NCBI RefSeq assembly: GCF_001194135.2
Contig: NC_068988.1
Coordinates: forward strand, 13,616,762 to 13,680,761
Reading direction: 5' to 3'
Origin: Octopus bimaculoides
Taxonomy: Eukaryota
Length of the DNA: 64,000 nucleotides
Part shown: in pieces, positions 63,787 to 64,000 of the stretch
Numbering within the stretch: the stretch's first letter is position 1
Layout: each line of letters opens with the position of its first letter
Notes under the pieces: generated by a model
Seen by the model: only the letters and a program-made list of their open reading frames with translations
Told to the model about the DNA's origin: nothing
Database searches by the model: none
Position numbers and translations under genes: made by a program

Positions 63787-64000
63787 ACTCTTTTACTCGT
63801 TTCAGCCATTTGACTGTGCCATGCTGGAGCACCACCTTTAGTCGAGCAAATCAACCCCAGCACTTATTCCTTGTATGCCTAGTACTTATTCTATCGGTCT
63901 CTTTCACCGAACCGCTAAGTTACGGGGACGTAAACACACCAGCATTGGTTGTCAAGTGATGTTGGGGGGACAAACACACACACACATATATATATATATA
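63787..64000 (-). mobile_element. Young family A SINE body, cut by the window edge
   Basis: CpG-rich and closely homologous to 13809-14030. Confidence 0.9.

Overview
Eukaryotic, AT-rich, microsatellite-rich genomic DNA. The SINE/MITE repertoire matches repeats I recall from Octopus (inferred from memory, not from a search). Only one protein-coding segment is well supported: the last coding exon (335-1041, +) of a divergent SLC10 / sodium:bile-acid symporter family gene, whose upstream exons lie outside the window. The remaining ~63 kb looks intergenic or intronic. It holds several tRNA-derived SINE families (my labels A, C, D, E), a recurring retroposon 3' tail module (label B), two families of piggyBac-type TTAA MITEs (G, H), one full-length dead mariner, decayed RTE and CR1/Jockey-like LINE fragments, microsatellites, one 855-N gap and two 10-N gaps. 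I found no CRISPR array, rRNA, genuine tRNA or novel multi-gene system, and almost all short ORFs in the track are microsatellite or TE artefacts. The most interesting signals are the substituted Na2-site motif and PDZ-type C-terminus of the SLC10 protein, an inverted templated insertion at a MITE end (44.2-45.0 kb), recurrent fold-back SINE pairs and a long hairpin (potential dsRNA/ADAR substrates), nested and site-targeted TE insertions, a composite LINE-tail module, and a few speculative orphan exons plus one recursive-splice-like site. Many TE boundaries are approximate (tens of bp).
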